A DNA stretch of 64,000 bases from an uncultured Trueperaceae bacterium. GTDB lineage: Bacteria; Deinococcota; Deinococci; Deinococcales; Trueperaceae. Below are positions 54,383 through 64,000 of the stretch, piece by piece. A model generated the notes under the pieces. The model saw nothing but the letters and a program-made list of their open reading frames with translations. It had not been told where the DNA came from and ran no database searches. The position numbers were made by a program, and so were the translations under genes. Every line of letters starts with the position of its first letter. Positions within the stretch are counted from its first letter, which is position 1. The stretch spans positions 1,056,001 through 1,120,000 of the forward strand of contig CAWFFU010000003.1 of NCBI GenBank assembly GCA_963815215.1. Direction: 5' to 3'.

Positions 54383-55831
54383 ATGGAACGTCCCGGCATG
54401 GCAACGATCGACGGTGCACGCACCGCCCCACGAACCCGCGGATCGTCCGCGGCCTCCCGACACGGCGCGCTCGTCGGCACGGCGCACCCCAGGCGTCGAT
54501 CCCGATTCATCCGTCTGGCCTTCGCGACGCTGGCGCTGGCCGGCCTGGCGCTCCCAGCTTCCGCGGCCGCGCAGTCCGCGTGCACGACCACCCTCGACTA
54601 CCTGACGCTCTCGGAATTCGACAGCGGCATGCAGCCGATCATCCAGGCGTTCGAGAAGCAGCATCCCGGCGTGTGCGTGAAGATGGAGGGCTACTCCTTC
54701 GGCGACCTGTTCCAGACCACGCAGGTCAGGATGCGTGCGCACGACAGCGGCATCGACGTGCTGCTCGTCGATCAGCCGGTGGTGGCGGCCTACACGGCGC
54801 TGGGGTACCTGGCCCCACTGGACGGAGCCTTCACGGGCCAGCAGCTCGCGAACACCTGGGTCCGGCCCGCCATCGACGCGGGCAGGGTGAACGGTCACCT
54901 GATGGCCGCTCCCCAGGACAGCTCGATCCAATTGCTGTATTACAACCGCGCCCTCTTCCGGAACGCCGGCGTGACCCCGCCGGCCGGCCTCGTGCCCGGC
55001 AAGACCGTGACGTACGCCGACGTCGCCGCGCTGGCGAGCGAGCAGCGCTGGACCTGGGAGCAGGTGGTGGCGGCCGCGAAGCAGCTCACGATCCGCTCCG
55101 GCGGCGCGACCCGCGTGTGGGGCTTCACGTTCGGCCAGCCCGACGAGCTGTACCAGCTGCAGCCGCTGGGCCTGTCGCTGGGAGGGACCATCCTGAGCCC
55201 CGACGGCACGACAGTCGACGGCTACCTCAACGACGCGGCGTGGCTGAAGGCGGCCACCTGGTACGGCGCTCTCTTCAACGCCTCCAAGGTGAGCCCCAAG
55301 GGCGTGCCCTACCCGCAGACCGCCGACCTGTTCGCCGAAGGCAAGGTCGCGCTCTACGCCGGCGGCGCCTGGCAACTCAGCAAGTTCAAGAGCTCGGGCA
55401 TCGACTTCGGCATCGCGCCCTACCCGGCGTTCGCGGGCGGCACGGTCGCCACGCCGACCGGCGGCTGGTACCTGGGCGTGGCGGCGTACTCGAAGCACAA
55501 AGCGGAGGCGGCCGCCTTCATCCGCTTCCTGACCGCAGAACAGGGGGCCGCGTTGTGGTTCACCTCGTACGGCCACTTCCCGCCGCAACAGAGCGTGCTC
55601 GACCTCATCAGCTCCGGCAAGACCTACACCACCTTCCCGGACGATGCCTATCTGCTCGGGGCCTATCAGTCCCGCTCCACCGCCGTGGTGCGACCCAAGA
55701 CTCCAGCCTACCTGCAACTCCACAACATCTTCGACAGCGCCTTCAGCGATATCCGCAACGGCGCGGACCCGAAGCGATCACTCGACGACGCCGTCCGTCA
55801 GATCGACCCGTACCTGAAGCGCTTCCAGTGA
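54383..55831 (+). CDS. Sugar ABC substrate-binding protein
   Basis: Signal peptide, LYYNRALF, WTWE, GKVALY, PTGGW. Start uncertain. Confidence 0.88.
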   Translation: MERPGMATIDGARTAPRTRGSSAASRHGALVGTAHPRRRSRFIRLAFATLALAGLALPASAAAQSACTTTLDYLTLSEFDSGMQPIIQAFEKQHPGVCVKMEGYSFGDLFQTTQVRMRAHDSGIDVLLVDQPVVAAYTALGYLAPLDGAFTGQQLANTWVRPAIDAGRVNGHLMAAPQDSSIQLLYYNRALFRNAGVTPPAGLVPGKTVTYADVAALASEQRWTWEQVVAAAKQLTIRSGGATRVWGFTFGQPDELYQLQPLGLSLGGTILSPDGTTVDGYLNDAAWLKAATWYGALFNASKVSPKGVPYPQTADLFAEGKVALYAGGAWQLSKFKSSGIDFGIAPYPAFAGGTVATPTGGWYLGVAAYSKHKAEAAAFIRFLTAEQGAALWFTSYGHFPPQQSVLDLISSGKTYTTFPDDAYLLGAYQSRSTAVVRPKTPAYLQLHNIFDSAFSDIRNGADPKRSLDDAVRQIDPYLKRFQ

Positions 55832-55849
55832 ACGGCGGAGGGTCGGGCG

Positions 55850-56767
55850 GTGGCCGCAAGGGCTGATCGGCACCGCGCCGGACGCCGCCGGGACCGGCAC
55901 CAGGAACGCGTCGCCTACCTGTTCCTGGTGCCGGCTCTGGCGGGGCTCGCGCTGTTCCGGGTGGTCCCGATCCTGGAGGCGGTCGGCGGCGCCCTCTACC
56001 GCGAGGTGTTCTCCTCCCACGGTTCCGTGACGGCCTTCGTGGGGCTCGGCAACTTCGCGGCGCTGGCCGCCGATCCGGTGTTCTGGACGTCGCTCTGGGT
56101 GACGCTGAAGCTCAACCTGGTGATCGACCCGATGCAGGTGGGACTGGCCCTCGTCCTGGCGTTGATGGTCAACGGCGCCTCGCGCGGCATCAAGCTCTAC
56201 CGCCTGCTGGTGCTGCTGCCGATCGGGGTGTCGCTCCCCGTTGCCACCCTCCTGTGGCGCCTCATGCTCGACCCCAACAACGGCTTCGCGAACGCCTTGC
56301 TCGCGCTGGTCGGCCTTCCCCAACAGCCCTTCTTCACCAGTGCGGGCCAGGCGCTGTGGAGCATCATCCTGATCGCCAACTGGAAGGGCGTGAGCTACTG
56401 GATGGTGTTCGTGCTGGCGGGCCTGCAGGGGATCCCGACGGAGCTCCAGGAGGCGGCCGCCATCGACGGCGCGGGGAGGTTGCAGCGCTTCGTGCGCGTC
56501 ACCCTGCCGCTATTGCGCAGACCCCTCTTGTTCGTGCTGGTCGCCGATACCATCATCAACTTCGTGATGTTCGTGCCTATGTACCTGCTCACGCGGGGCG
56601 GTCCGTCGGGCGCCACCAACGTGCTCATGTACCAGGCCTACAAGGTCGGCTTCGCCTTCGGGGACATGGGGCAGGCGCTCGCCATCGTGACCGTGTTGCT
56701 GGCGCTCTTGCTGGTGGTGGTGGCGTGGCAGTTCCGATTGCTCGGCACGGCAACGGAGCGCCCGTGA
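55850..56767 (+). CDS. Sugar ABC permease (MalF-like)
   Basis: FVGLGNF, GLQGIP.ELQEAAAIDGA, LTRGGP. Confidence 0.92.
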   Translation: MAARADRHRAGRRRDRHQERVAYLFLVPALAGLALFRVVPILEAVGGALYREVFSSHGSVTAFVGLGNFAALAADPVFWTSLWVTLKLNLVIDPMQVGLALVLALMVNGASRGIKLYRLLVLLPIGVSLPVATLLWRLMLDPNNGFANALLALVGLPQQPFFTSAGQALWSIILIANWKGVSYWMVFVLAGLQGIPTELQEAAAIDGAGRLQRFVRVTLPLLRRPLLFVLVADTIINFVMFVPMYLLTRGGPSGATNVLMYQAYKVGFAFGDMGQALAIVTVLLALLLVVVAWQFRLLGTATERP

Positions 56768-57609
56768 AGCGACCTCTGCGGTGGTTGTGGGGTGCGCTCC
56801 TCGGCCTGCTCTACGTAGCCGTCGCCGCCTTCTTCGTGGTGCCCCTGTGGTGGGCGCTGGTGGGCTCGCTGACGCCGCTCAACGACGTCTTCCGCTACCT
56901 GGCGCCTTTCGATGTGCGCGCCTTGTGGCCTGCCCACCCGACGTTCGCGGCCTACGGCGCCCTGTTCCGGGACCACGCCTTCGCACGCGTGCTGTTCAAC
57001 ACGGCCTTCGTGGCGCTCGTGACAGTGGCGGCCGGGCTCGCGGTCAACGGCCTGGCCGGGTTCGCGTTCGCGGTGATGGCCTTCCGTGGCAAGCGTGTCC
57101 TGTTCGCAGCGGTGCTGGTCTCCGCCATGGTGCCCGCCGAAGCGCTCGCCATCCCCCTCTACCGGGTGGTGGGGGCGCTCGGCATGCTCGACAGCTACGG
57201 AGCCCTCATCGCTCCGGCCGTGAGCAACGGCATCGCCATCTTCCTGTTCCGCCAGTTCTTCGCCGAGGTGCCGGCCGAGATCAAGGAAGCCGCGCGGATC
57301 GACGGTGCCGGCTGGCTCACCATCCTGCTACGGCTGTACGTGCCGCTCTCCCTCCCCGTGACGATCGCGGCGGGCCTGTTGCTGTTCGTCTTCCAATGGG
57401 AGTCGTTCCTGTGGCCGCTGATCGCCGTGCATTCGCCGGACGTCATGGTGATCCAGATCGCGCTCGCCAACCTCCAGCAGCAACACAGCACGCAGTGGAC
57501 GCAGATCTTCGCCGCGTCGTCGCTCGCCTCGCTGGTACCGCTGCTGCTGTTACTGCCGCTGCAGCGCTACTACGTGCAGGGGATCGTCGACTCCGGCGTG
57601 AAGGGATGA
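56764..57609 (+). CDS. Sugar ABC permease (MalG-like)
   Basis: LFRQFF, EAARIDGA, WESFLWPL, GVKG. Confidence 0.92.
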   Translation: MKRPLRWLWGALLGLLYVAVAAFFVVPLWWALVGSLTPLNDVFRYLAPFDVRALWPAHPTFAAYGALFRDHAFARVLFNTAFVALVTVAAGLAVNGLAGFAFAVMAFRGKRVLFAAVLVSAMVPAEALAIPLYRVVGALGMLDSYGALIAPAVSNGIAIFLFRQFFAEVPAEIKEAARIDGAGWLTILLRLYVPLSLPVTIAAGLLLFVFQWESFLWPLIAVHSPDVMVIQIALANLQQQHSTQWTQIFAASSLASLVPLLLLLPLQRYYVQGIVDSGVKG

Positions 57610-57639
57610 CCGCGACGAGCAGCGTGGACGTCCGTGGCC

Positions 57640-58116
57640 TCAGTGTCCCCCGGGCGCCGAGGTCGATGCGAGGCCGGCGTGGGTCTGGAACTGGAAGATC
57701 CCGTAGAGCTTGCCGCCGACGCGCTTGCGCTCGACCGTGAGGGTTCCGCCCTGGACGTCGTAGACCACGCGAAGATCGCCGCCTGCGTTGGCCCAGGCAC
57801 GCGCCACCTGGACGGTCCCGCGAGCCAGGTATTCGTACAGGCGACCGTGCACGCCCATCTCGAAGTAGCCGAACATCGACTCCGGCACCCGAATGCAGAA
57901 CGCCTGCGTCGTCGACGGCGTGTTGGCATCGAGCAAGCCGTCGCAGGCCACCGGGCTGCCCCCGAGCGTGCGCGCCGCCTGTTCGACCATCGTGCCGTAG
58001 GCCGTGCCGGTGTCCATGGCCTGCGCGGCGAAGGCCGCAGGGCCCGCCGATCCCATCGCCACGCCCGCGACGAGCACAGCGATCCTGAGACGACGACCCA
58101 CGAACGATGAAGCCAT
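57640..58116 (-). CDS. Secreted hypothetical protein
   Basis: Signal peptide ending AFAA|Q, Cys pair, GAGGAAGG RBS. Confidence 0.7.
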   Translation of the reverse strand: MASSFVGRRLRIAVLVAGVAMGSAGPAAFAAQAMDTGTAYGTMVEQAARTLGGSPVACDGLLDANTPSTTQAFCIRVPESMFGYFEMGVHGRLYEYLARGTVQVARAWANAGGDLRVVYDVQGGTLTVERKRVGGKLYGIFQFQTHAGLASTSAPGGH

Positions 58117-58295
58117 GACGTTCCTTCCTCGCGGCGCCGCGATGAGCGCGTGCACCGTTCCAGCCGATATGCGAGCCCAAAGATACCAGAGCATGTATGA
58201 GAAGTGTTTCTCAGTGAGTCCACGGACCGCCCACTCGGGTGACGGCCGGTGGCGCTTCTCGTCACGCTCCCAGGCACCCTGCGGGAGGGCGACGC

Positions 58296-59117
58296 TCAGC
58301 GCGCGAGCGCCAGGATCCGGAAGGCGCCCTGTGCCACCACGATGAAGACGACCGCCCCGATCACCAGATCGGGGATCCCCGAGCCGGTCAGGCCCACGAG
58401 GACGCCTGCCGCGATGACACCGAGGTTGACGATGACGTCGTTGCTGGTGAAGATCACGCTGGCACGCATGTGAGCCTCGCCGCTTCTCGTCCGCGTCAGG
58501 AGGGTCAGGGTCCAGGCGTTCGCGGCGAGGGCGAGGACCGCGACCCCGATCATGGTGAGGACGTCGGGCCGAGTCGGAACGCCGAAGGCGCGGCGCAGCA
58601 CCTCGAGGAGTCCGAGGCCGGCCAGGGCGAGCTGCCCGTAACCGCTCAGCCGAGCGATGCGCCTCTTGGTCCGGATCGCGCCCTGCACGGCGATCAGGCT
58701 GAGTGCATAGACGAGGGCGTCCGCCAGCATGTCGAGGCTGTCGGCGAGCAGGCCCAGGGAACCCGCCAGCAGCCCGAACGTGGCCTCGAGCAGGAAGAAG
58801 ACTGCGTTGATGACCAGCACCGCGCGAAGCACGCCCGTCTGTGCCGGGCGGCCGGCCTCGACATCGGCGACCGCCTCCGAGCGCAGCAGACGCGCGCCCA
58901 GGCGCAACTCGAGCAGTGCCGCCTCGATGGCGTCGGCGGAGCCGTCGTGGAAGACCACGACCTCGCGCGCTCCGATGTCGACCTGCAGCGAGCGCACCGG
59001 CGGCAGCCCCTCCAGCTTCACCCGCACCAGCGCTTCCTCCGCGGCGCAGTCCATCTGCGCCACGCGGTACACGGAGCGCTCCAACCCCGACGGCCGCACG
59101 GACGCGCCGGGGTTCAC
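58296..59117 (-). CDS. CDF-like cation transporter with N-terminal HMA-like domain
   Basis: MDCAAEE, SLGLLADSLDMLADA, FTSNDV. Confidence 0.88.
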   Translation of the reverse strand: MNPGASVRPSGLERSVYRVAQMDCAAEEALVRVKLEGLPPVRSLQVDIGAREVVVFHDGSADAIEAALLELRLGARLLRSEAVADVEAGRPAQTGVLRAVLVINAVFFLLEATFGLLAGSLGLLADSLDMLADALVYALSLIAVQGAIRTKRRIARLSGYGQLALAGLGLLEVLRRAFGVPTRPDVLTMIGVAVLALAANAWTLTLLTRTRSGEAHMRASVIFTSNDVIVNLGVIAAGVLVGLTGSGIPDLVIGAVVFIVVAQGAFRILALAR

Positions 59118-59644
59118 CAGTCGCGGCGCTCGCGCAGCGCCACGATCTGGGCTACGTGGTGCTCACCGTGCCAGGCGTAGAGCCCGAGCGTCCATCCCAG
59201 CGTGCGCGGAAGACCGGTGCCGGGGTTGATGTAGCAGCGGTCGAAGTCTGGGTCGTCCATGCCGTCGAGCAGCAGGCCCCAACGAACGTGCAGGGACTCG
59301 AAGAGGGCCAGGGCGGGCTCCGGCGCGCCGTGAAGGCTGTCGGGAAGCCCCGCCCAGGCGGCCGGGTCGTACCCGGCCACCGCCGGCGTGTCCTCGGCGA
59401 GCGCCCACTTGAAGCGCAGGTAGGTGTGGAGGTGGCTGTCGGGGAGGTGGTGCACGACCTGCCGGACGCTCCAGCCGCCCTCGCGGTAGGGCGTATCGAG
59501 TTGGGCGTCGTCGAGGCCGGCGACCGCCCGCCGCAGCCGGGCCGGGGCCTCCGTCACGGAGTCGATCCATGCCGAGCGGCTCGCAGCGTCGATCGTCTCG
59601 GGCGGGGCGTAGCGGCCGATTGGGTAGCGCGGATCGTCCGTCAT
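59114..59644 (-). CDS. YfiT/BstA-family bacillithiol transferase (DinB superfamily)
   Basis: RYPIG, YREGGWSVRQVVHHLPDSH, YAWHGEHH. Confidence 0.9.
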   Translation of the reverse strand: MTDDPRYPIGRYAPPETIDAASRSAWIDSVTEAPARLRRAVAGLDDAQLDTPYREGGWSVRQVVHHLPDSHLHTYLRFKWALAEDTPAVAGYDPAAWAGLPDSLHGAPEPALALFESLHVRWGLLLDGMDDPDFDRCYINPGTGLPRTLGWTLGLYAWHGEHHVAQIVALRERRDW

Positions 59645-59677
59645 GAGGCCTCCGCAGCGAGTATAGCTGCGCCGCCG

Positions 59678-60034
59678 CTAGCCTCCGGCCATCGCTCCGA
59701 CCACCACGAACGGCTCCTCGCCGCCCGCGACGGCGTCGGGGAGCTCGGTCTCCATCGGTTCGTGGGAGAGATCGCGGCCGTTCGCGAAGAACCGCACGAA
59801 CGCCCGTCGGCGGCGCGTCGCGTGGTCCAGGATGGTGCCGCGGAGCACCGGGTAACGCGCCTCGAGGGCGTCCAGCACCTTCCCGATGGTCGCAGGCGGC
59901 CGCACCTCGAGCGTGACCTCACCGCGAACGTCGGCCAGGTTGCGGAGGTGCTCGGGGAGCACGACCCGCAGCCGCACGGGGACGTCCGCGCCGCCTGGCG
60001 CAATGGCGGGCCCCGCGGCTCCTCGAACCTTCAT
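59678..60034 (-). CDS. MoaD/ThiS-like ubiquitin-fold protein
   Basis: [20 protein letters not shown]-terminal AMAGG. Start uncertain. Confidence 0.88.
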   Translation of the reverse strand: MKVRGAAGPAIAPGGADVPVRLRVVLPEHLRNLADVRGEVTLEVRPPATIGKVLDALEARYPVLRGTILDHATRRRRAFVRFFANGRDLSHEPMETELPDAVAGGEEPFVVVGAMAGG

Positions 60035-61146
60035 GGCAGCGTCTGGACCTCGACCGACAACACGGCAGGGAGGTCGCGCACGATCGGCGCCCAGTGGTCG
60101 CCGTCGTCGGGCGAGACGTACACCTGCCCACCGGTGGTCCCGAAGTAGATGCCACAGGGCTCGAGAGAATCGACCGCCATGGCATCGCGCAGGACGTTCA
60201 CGTAGCAGTTCTCCTGCGGTAGCCCACTCGTCAGCGCCTCCCACTCGTTCCCACCGGTGCGGCTGCGGTACACCCGGAGCTTCCCGTCGGGCGGGTAGTG
60301 CTCCGAGTCGCTCTTGATCGGCACTACGTAGATCGTCTCCGGCTCGTGCGCATGGACATCGATGGGGAACCCGAAGTCGCTGGGAAGGTTGCCGCTCACC
60401 TCGGCCCACGAGCCGCCGCCGTCATCGCTTCGCATGACGTCCCAGTGCTTCTGCATGAACAGTACGTCGGGACGCGACGGGTGCATGGCGATGCGATGAA
60501 CGCAGTGGCCGACGTCCGCTTCGGGATCGGGCAGACCGTCGGAGCGCAACCCGCGGTTCATGGCGTGCCAGCTGACGCCGCCGTCATCGGTGCGGAACAC
60601 GCCGGCGGCGGAGATCGCGATGAACATGCGTTGCGGACGCGTGGGATCGAGCACGATGGTGTGCAGGCACATGCCGCCCGCGCCGGGCTGCCAGTTGGCG
60701 CCCGAGCCGTGCCGTCGCAGACCCGGGAGCTCGTGCCAGCTCGCCCCCGCGTCGGTGGTCCGGAACAGTGCGGCGTCCTCGACCCCGGCGTAGACCATGT
60801 CGGGATCGTCGAGCGAGGGCTCGAGGTGCCACACCCGCTTGAACGCCCAGGGATGGGCCGTACCGTCGTACCACTGGTGGGTGCCCGGCACGCCCTCGTA
60901 GGCGAACTCGTTGCCGACGGGGGTCCAGCTCGTGCCCCCGTCGTCGGAGCGCTGGATGAGCTGGCCGAACCAACCTGTGCTCTGCGAAGCGTAGATGCGA
61001 TTCCGATCGACCGGCGACCCCTTGAGGTGGTACACCTCCCAGCCGGCGAACAACGGACCCTGCACGTCCCAGCGGTCGCGTTTGCCGTCCGCCGTCAGGA
61101 TGAACGCGCCCTTGCGCGTGCCTACCAACACCCGTACACCGCTCAT
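60031..61146 (-). CDS. BNR/Asp-box beta-propeller protein (sialidase-like)
   Basis: Repeated S/T.D.G.SW boxes; VGTRKG N-terminus. Confidence 0.9.
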   Translation of the reverse strand: MSGVRVLVGTRKGAFILTADGKRDRWDVQGPLFAGWEVYHLKGSPVDRNRIYASQSTGWFGQLIQRSDDGGTSWTPVGNEFAYEGVPGTHQWYDGTAHPWAFKRVWHLEPSLDDPDMVYAGVEDAALFRTTDAGASWHELPGLRRHGSGANWQPGAGGMCLHTIVLDPTRPQRMFIAISAAGVFRTDDGGVSWHAMNRGLRSDGLPDPEADVGHCVHRIAMHPSRPDVLFMQKHWDVMRSDDGGGSWAEVSGNLPSDFGFPIDVHAHEPETIYVVPIKSDSEHYPPDGKLRVYRSRTGGNEWEALTSGLPQENCYVNVLRDAMAVDSLEPCGIYFGTTGGQVYVSPDDGDHWAPIVRDLPAVLSVEVQTLP

Positions 61147-61233
61147 GGTCGACTCCTCTCCGAGCCGAACTCCTCACGCACTCTCCCGGCTCGCGTCCGG
61201 GCCTTCGAGCTTCGCGGCCGCACGCGCTGGTGA

Positions 61234-61368
61234 TCAGCCGTACGGCTTCAGGGCACGGTCGTAGACGTCGGCCGGCGAGCGCGTGGCACGACGCACGTGA
61301 CGGTAGATGCAGGTCCGCTCGATGACGGCGCAGTCGCCGAGGTCGAGTTCGACCGGAACAGCGTTCAT
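61234..61368 (-). pseudogene. Truncated MarR-family regulator remnant
   Basis: Manual translation MNAVPVELDLGDCAVIERTCIYRHVRRATRSPADVYDRALKPYG* stops before the winged helix. Confidence 0.6.
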
Positions 61369-61510
61369 GGACGTCAAGTGTAGAGGCACCCATGGTGGCG
61401 GTCAAGCCGCCGTCCCGGAACCGCGCCGCCGCGGGCCCGTCCGCTCGCGCGGGCGCCGGGACGTTCGCACTGGCAGGCATGCCGCCGCAGGCCCTACGCT
61501 TGGGGCAACC

Positions 61511-63124
61511 GTGGAACCTTCACCGCTACGTCCCGTCGTCGACGTTGCACGCGATCTCCATCTCGAGCCCGGCAGCGTCACCCCCTTCGGCCTCCACAAA
61601 GCGAAGATCGACCCCACGCTCGACGGTCCGCGTTCCGGTCCTTCGGGCAAGCTGGTGCTGGTCAGCGCGATCATGCCCACCCCGCCGGGCGAAGGCAAGA
61701 CCACCGTAAGCGTGGGCCTCGCCGACGGCCTGCGACGACTCGGCGCGGCCGGAGCGGTGTGCCTGCGAGAGCCGTCGCTCGGCCCGCTGTTCGGCGCCAA
61801 GGGGGGCGGCACCGGCGGAGGGCGCGCCCGTGTCGAGCCTTCGAACGACATCAACCTTCATTTCACCGGCGATCTTCACGCCATCACCAGCGCCCACAAC
61901 CTGCTGGCCGCGATGATCGACAGCGATCTCCACTTCGGCCAGGCCGGAGGGCTCGACCCCGAACGAGTGACCTGGCCGCGGGTGCTCGACGTCGACGATC
62001 GCGCGCTCCGGAGCGTGCTGGTAGCCGCCGGGCGACGCGCAGAGCGCAAGACACGCTTCGACATCTCCGCCGCCAGCGAGGTCATGGCGGTGATGTCGCT
62101 GGCCGAGTCGCTTCCGGACCTGCGCGCACGGCTGGCCCGCATGGTGGTCGGCTGGACGGAGGTCGGCACTCCCGTCACCGTCGAGGCGCTCGGCGCCACC
62201 GACGCCATGCTGGTGGTACTCCGCGAAGCGCTCCACCCCAACCTGGTGCAGACCGGCGAGGGCACACCGGCCTTCGTCCATACCGGCCCGTTCGGCAACA
62301 TCGCGCACGGTTGCTCCAGCGTCATCGGCACCCGTCTCGGCCTACGTCACGCCGACATCGTGGTGACCGAGGCGGGCTTCGGCTTCGACCTCGGCGGCGA
62401 GAAGTTCCTGCACCTGAAGGCGCGCCAGGCCGGGCTGTGGCCTCACCTGGTGGTGATGGTCGCAACGGTGCGCGCGCTGGCCTCGCACGGGAACGGCGAT
62501 CTGGAGCGCGGCCTGCGGCACCTCGATCGGCAACTCGCCAGCGTCCGCGCATTCGGCCTGCCGGCGGTGGTCGCCATCAACGTCTTCGACGGGGACACCG
62601 AGGAGGATCTGGCGTTGCTCGAGCGGCACGCCGACGGCCTGGGTGTGCGGTGCGCGCGCATCACCGCCTTCGCCGACGGCGGCACCGGTGCCGAGGCGCT
62701 GGCCTCGGTGGTGCTGGAGGCACTCGGCGGAGCCGGCGACGAGCCACCGGAGCCCCGCTTCCTCTACAACGACGACGCGCCCTTCCAGGGCAAGGTCGGC
62801 GCCGTCGCGCGCACCGTCTACGGCGCCGAGGACGTCGTCCTCACAGACGATGCCTGTCGCGACCTGGACACGCTCGCGGGCGCCGGGCTCGACCGGTTGC
62901 CGGTGTGCATCGCCAAGACCCACCTGTCGTTCTCCGACGATCCCAAGGGCGGAGGACTGGTCGAGGGCATGACGCTGACGGTCAGCGAGATCCGTCCCGC
63001 CGTCGGCGCCGGGTACCTGGTCGCCCTGATGGGTCGCATCATGACCATGCCCGGCCTGCCGCGTGACCCGGCGGCGCGCCACATGCGGGTCGACGACAGC
63101 GGGAGCGTGACCGGGCTGCGCTGA
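61511..63124 (+). CDS. fhs: Formate--tetrahydrofolate ligase
   Basis: PTPPGEGKTT, REPSLGP, INLHFTGDLHAI, GPFGNIAHG, EAGFG, MTMPGLP. Start approximate. Confidence 0.95.
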   Translation: MEPSPLRPVVDVARDLHLEPGSVTPFGLHKAKIDPTLDGPRSGPSGKLVLVSAIMPTPPGEGKTTVSVGLADGLRRLGAAGAVCLREPSLGPLFGAKGGGTGGGRARVEPSNDINLHFTGDLHAITSAHNLLAAMIDSDLHFGQAGGLDPERVTWPRVLDVDDRALRSVLVAAGRRAERKTRFDISAASEVMAVMSLAESLPDLRARLARMVVGWTEVGTPVTVEALGATDAMLVVLREALHPNLVQTGEGTPAFVHTGPFGNIAHGCSSVIGTRLGLRHADIVVTEAGFGFDLGGEKFLHLKARQAGLWPHLVVMVATVRALASHGNGDLERGLRHLDRQLASVRAFGLPAVVAINVFDGDTEEDLALLERHADGLGVRCARITAFADGGTGAEALASVVLEALGGAGDEPPEPRFLYNDDAPFQGKVGAVARTVYGAEDVVLTDDACRDLDTLAGAGLDRLPVCIAKTHLSFSDDPKGGGLVEGMTLTVSEIRPAVGAGYLVALMGRIMTMPGLPRDPAARHMRVDDSGSVTGLR

Positions 63125-63207
63125 GCCTTCCCTCCCGCCGAGTCCCAAGGCGGTCCGCCAGACGTCGCGGCTGCATCGCTGCAAGCGCAGCGATGCCGGG
63201 CCATTGT

Positions 63208-63282
63208 TGCTGATTCCGCACATCACACCTTGACGGGTTGCGGATTCCGGTGGATACTACGAGCACCGGCACGGATTCGGCA
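63208..63282. promoter_or_regulatory. Three 13-bp semi-palindromic boxes at 31-bp spacing over a TTGACG-17-GATACT promoter
   Basis: TGCTGATTCCGCA (63208), TGCGGATTCCGGT (63239), CACGGATTCGGCA (63270). Confidence 0.65.
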
Positions 63283-63301
63283 GCTCTTGGGAAGGGACGA
63301 G

Positions 63302-63820
63302 ATGGCAACACCCTTCGAGGACCCCTTCGACGCGATCGACCTGGCCATCCTGGGCGCGCTCCAGAGCGACGGCCGGATGCCCTTCAGCGTCATCGCGCGC
63401 CGCCTCGGCCTTCCCGAGAGCACGGTCCGGCTGCGCACCCGCAAGATCCTCGAGTCTGGAGCCATCGCCATCGTCGCGACCGGCGATCCGCTGAAGCTGG
63501 GCATCCCCGTCGATGCGGTGAGCCTCGTCCGCGTGGTCGCGGCCCGGGCCGATTCCGTCGCCGATGCGCTCAAGGCGATGCCGGAGGTCCGTTACGTCGG
63601 TGTCACCCTGGGCGGAACCACCATCGTGGTGGAGTCGCTGCACGCGGACGCCGACGCGTTGCATGCCTTCCTCGCCCGCAGACTGTCGAGGCTGGACGGC
63701 GTCAAGGAGGTGGACAGCCACCAGATCATCGAGAACCGAAAGAGCGTGTGGGACTGGCAATCCTGGCTGAGAGAGTGCACGCCCCTCGCCACCTCGCAAT
63801 CGTCCAGGGAGGACAAATGA
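63302..63820 (+). CDS. Lrp/AsnC family transcriptional regulator
   Basis: DAIDLAILGALQSDGRMPFSVIARRLGLPESTVRLR HTH plus a C-terminal RAM-like domain. Confidence 0.93.
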   Translation: MATPFEDPFDAIDLAILGALQSDGRMPFSVIARRLGLPESTVRLRTRKILESGAIAIVATGDPLKLGIPVDAVSLVRVVAARADSVADALKAMPEVRYVGVTLGGTTIVVESLHADADALHAFLARRLSRLDGVKEVDSHQIIENRKSVWDWQSWLRECTPLATSQSSREDK

Positions 63821-64000
63821 AGAGAACCGTACTGGCGCTCGTCGCCGCCATGGTGTTGGGCCTGGCTTTCGCCCAGCCCAGCGGCACGCTCACCATCGCA
63901 CAGCAACAGGATCCCCAGAGCTGGGACCCCATCGACACCTTCTACCTGGCGTGGGGGATGATCGGCTCGAGCATCTTCGACGGCCTGGTGCATCGCGGTC
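63817..64000 (+). CDS. Family 5 ABC substrate-binding protein, N-terminal part (runs off the window)
   Basis: MKRTVLALVAAMVLGLAFA|QPSGTLTIAQQQDPQSWDP...IFDGLV. Confidence 0.85.
   Translation, partial: MKRTVLALVAAMVLGLAFAQPSGTLTIAQQQDPQSWDPIDTFYLAWGMIGSSIFDGLVHRG

Noticed and set aside
61370..61510. THF or ZTP riboswitch upstream of fhs
   Set aside because: No recognisable consensus; a -10-like TACGCT lies close to the probable start.

Overview
High-GC chromosomal segment, most likely from a Deinococcota bacterium (Trueperaceae-like). That assignment is inferred from the 16S sequence, the Cys-less FmdB protein, the DUF3084-lptB pairing and frequent leaderless TANNNT promoters; no database search was run. 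The window starts with a 16S rRNA gene (minus strand) and two tandem promoters. About 55 mostly housekeeping or transport genes follow (tmk, metH, metF-like, tag, panE, lptB, aceE/aceF, mtnN, lysA-like, gabD, peptide and sugar ABC systems, fhs). I saw no tRNA, IS element, prophage or CRISPR array. Two loci stand out. (1) 45.1-49.2 kb is a candidate peptide-signalling module: an 823-aa degenerate-STAND/TPR/wHTH regulator, a 63-aa ORF, a 47-aa secreted propeptide and a stand-alone EAL protein, arranged around a mirror-symmetric divergent promoter with TGAAGCGG repeats 11 bp apart. (2) 14.1-15.0 kb holds two c-di-GMP-II-like aptamers in tandem, the first apparently wired to a terminator and the second to a start-codon-sequestering hairpin, upstream of an orphan pilin-like secreted protein. 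Also notable: a 48-aa Trp-Gly-repeat lipoprotein absent from the ORF track, a gpsA copy with two in-frame deletions, a CIRCE element, Lrp-type boxes with 31-bp periodicity, and small gene remnants. All calls come from motif recognition by eye.
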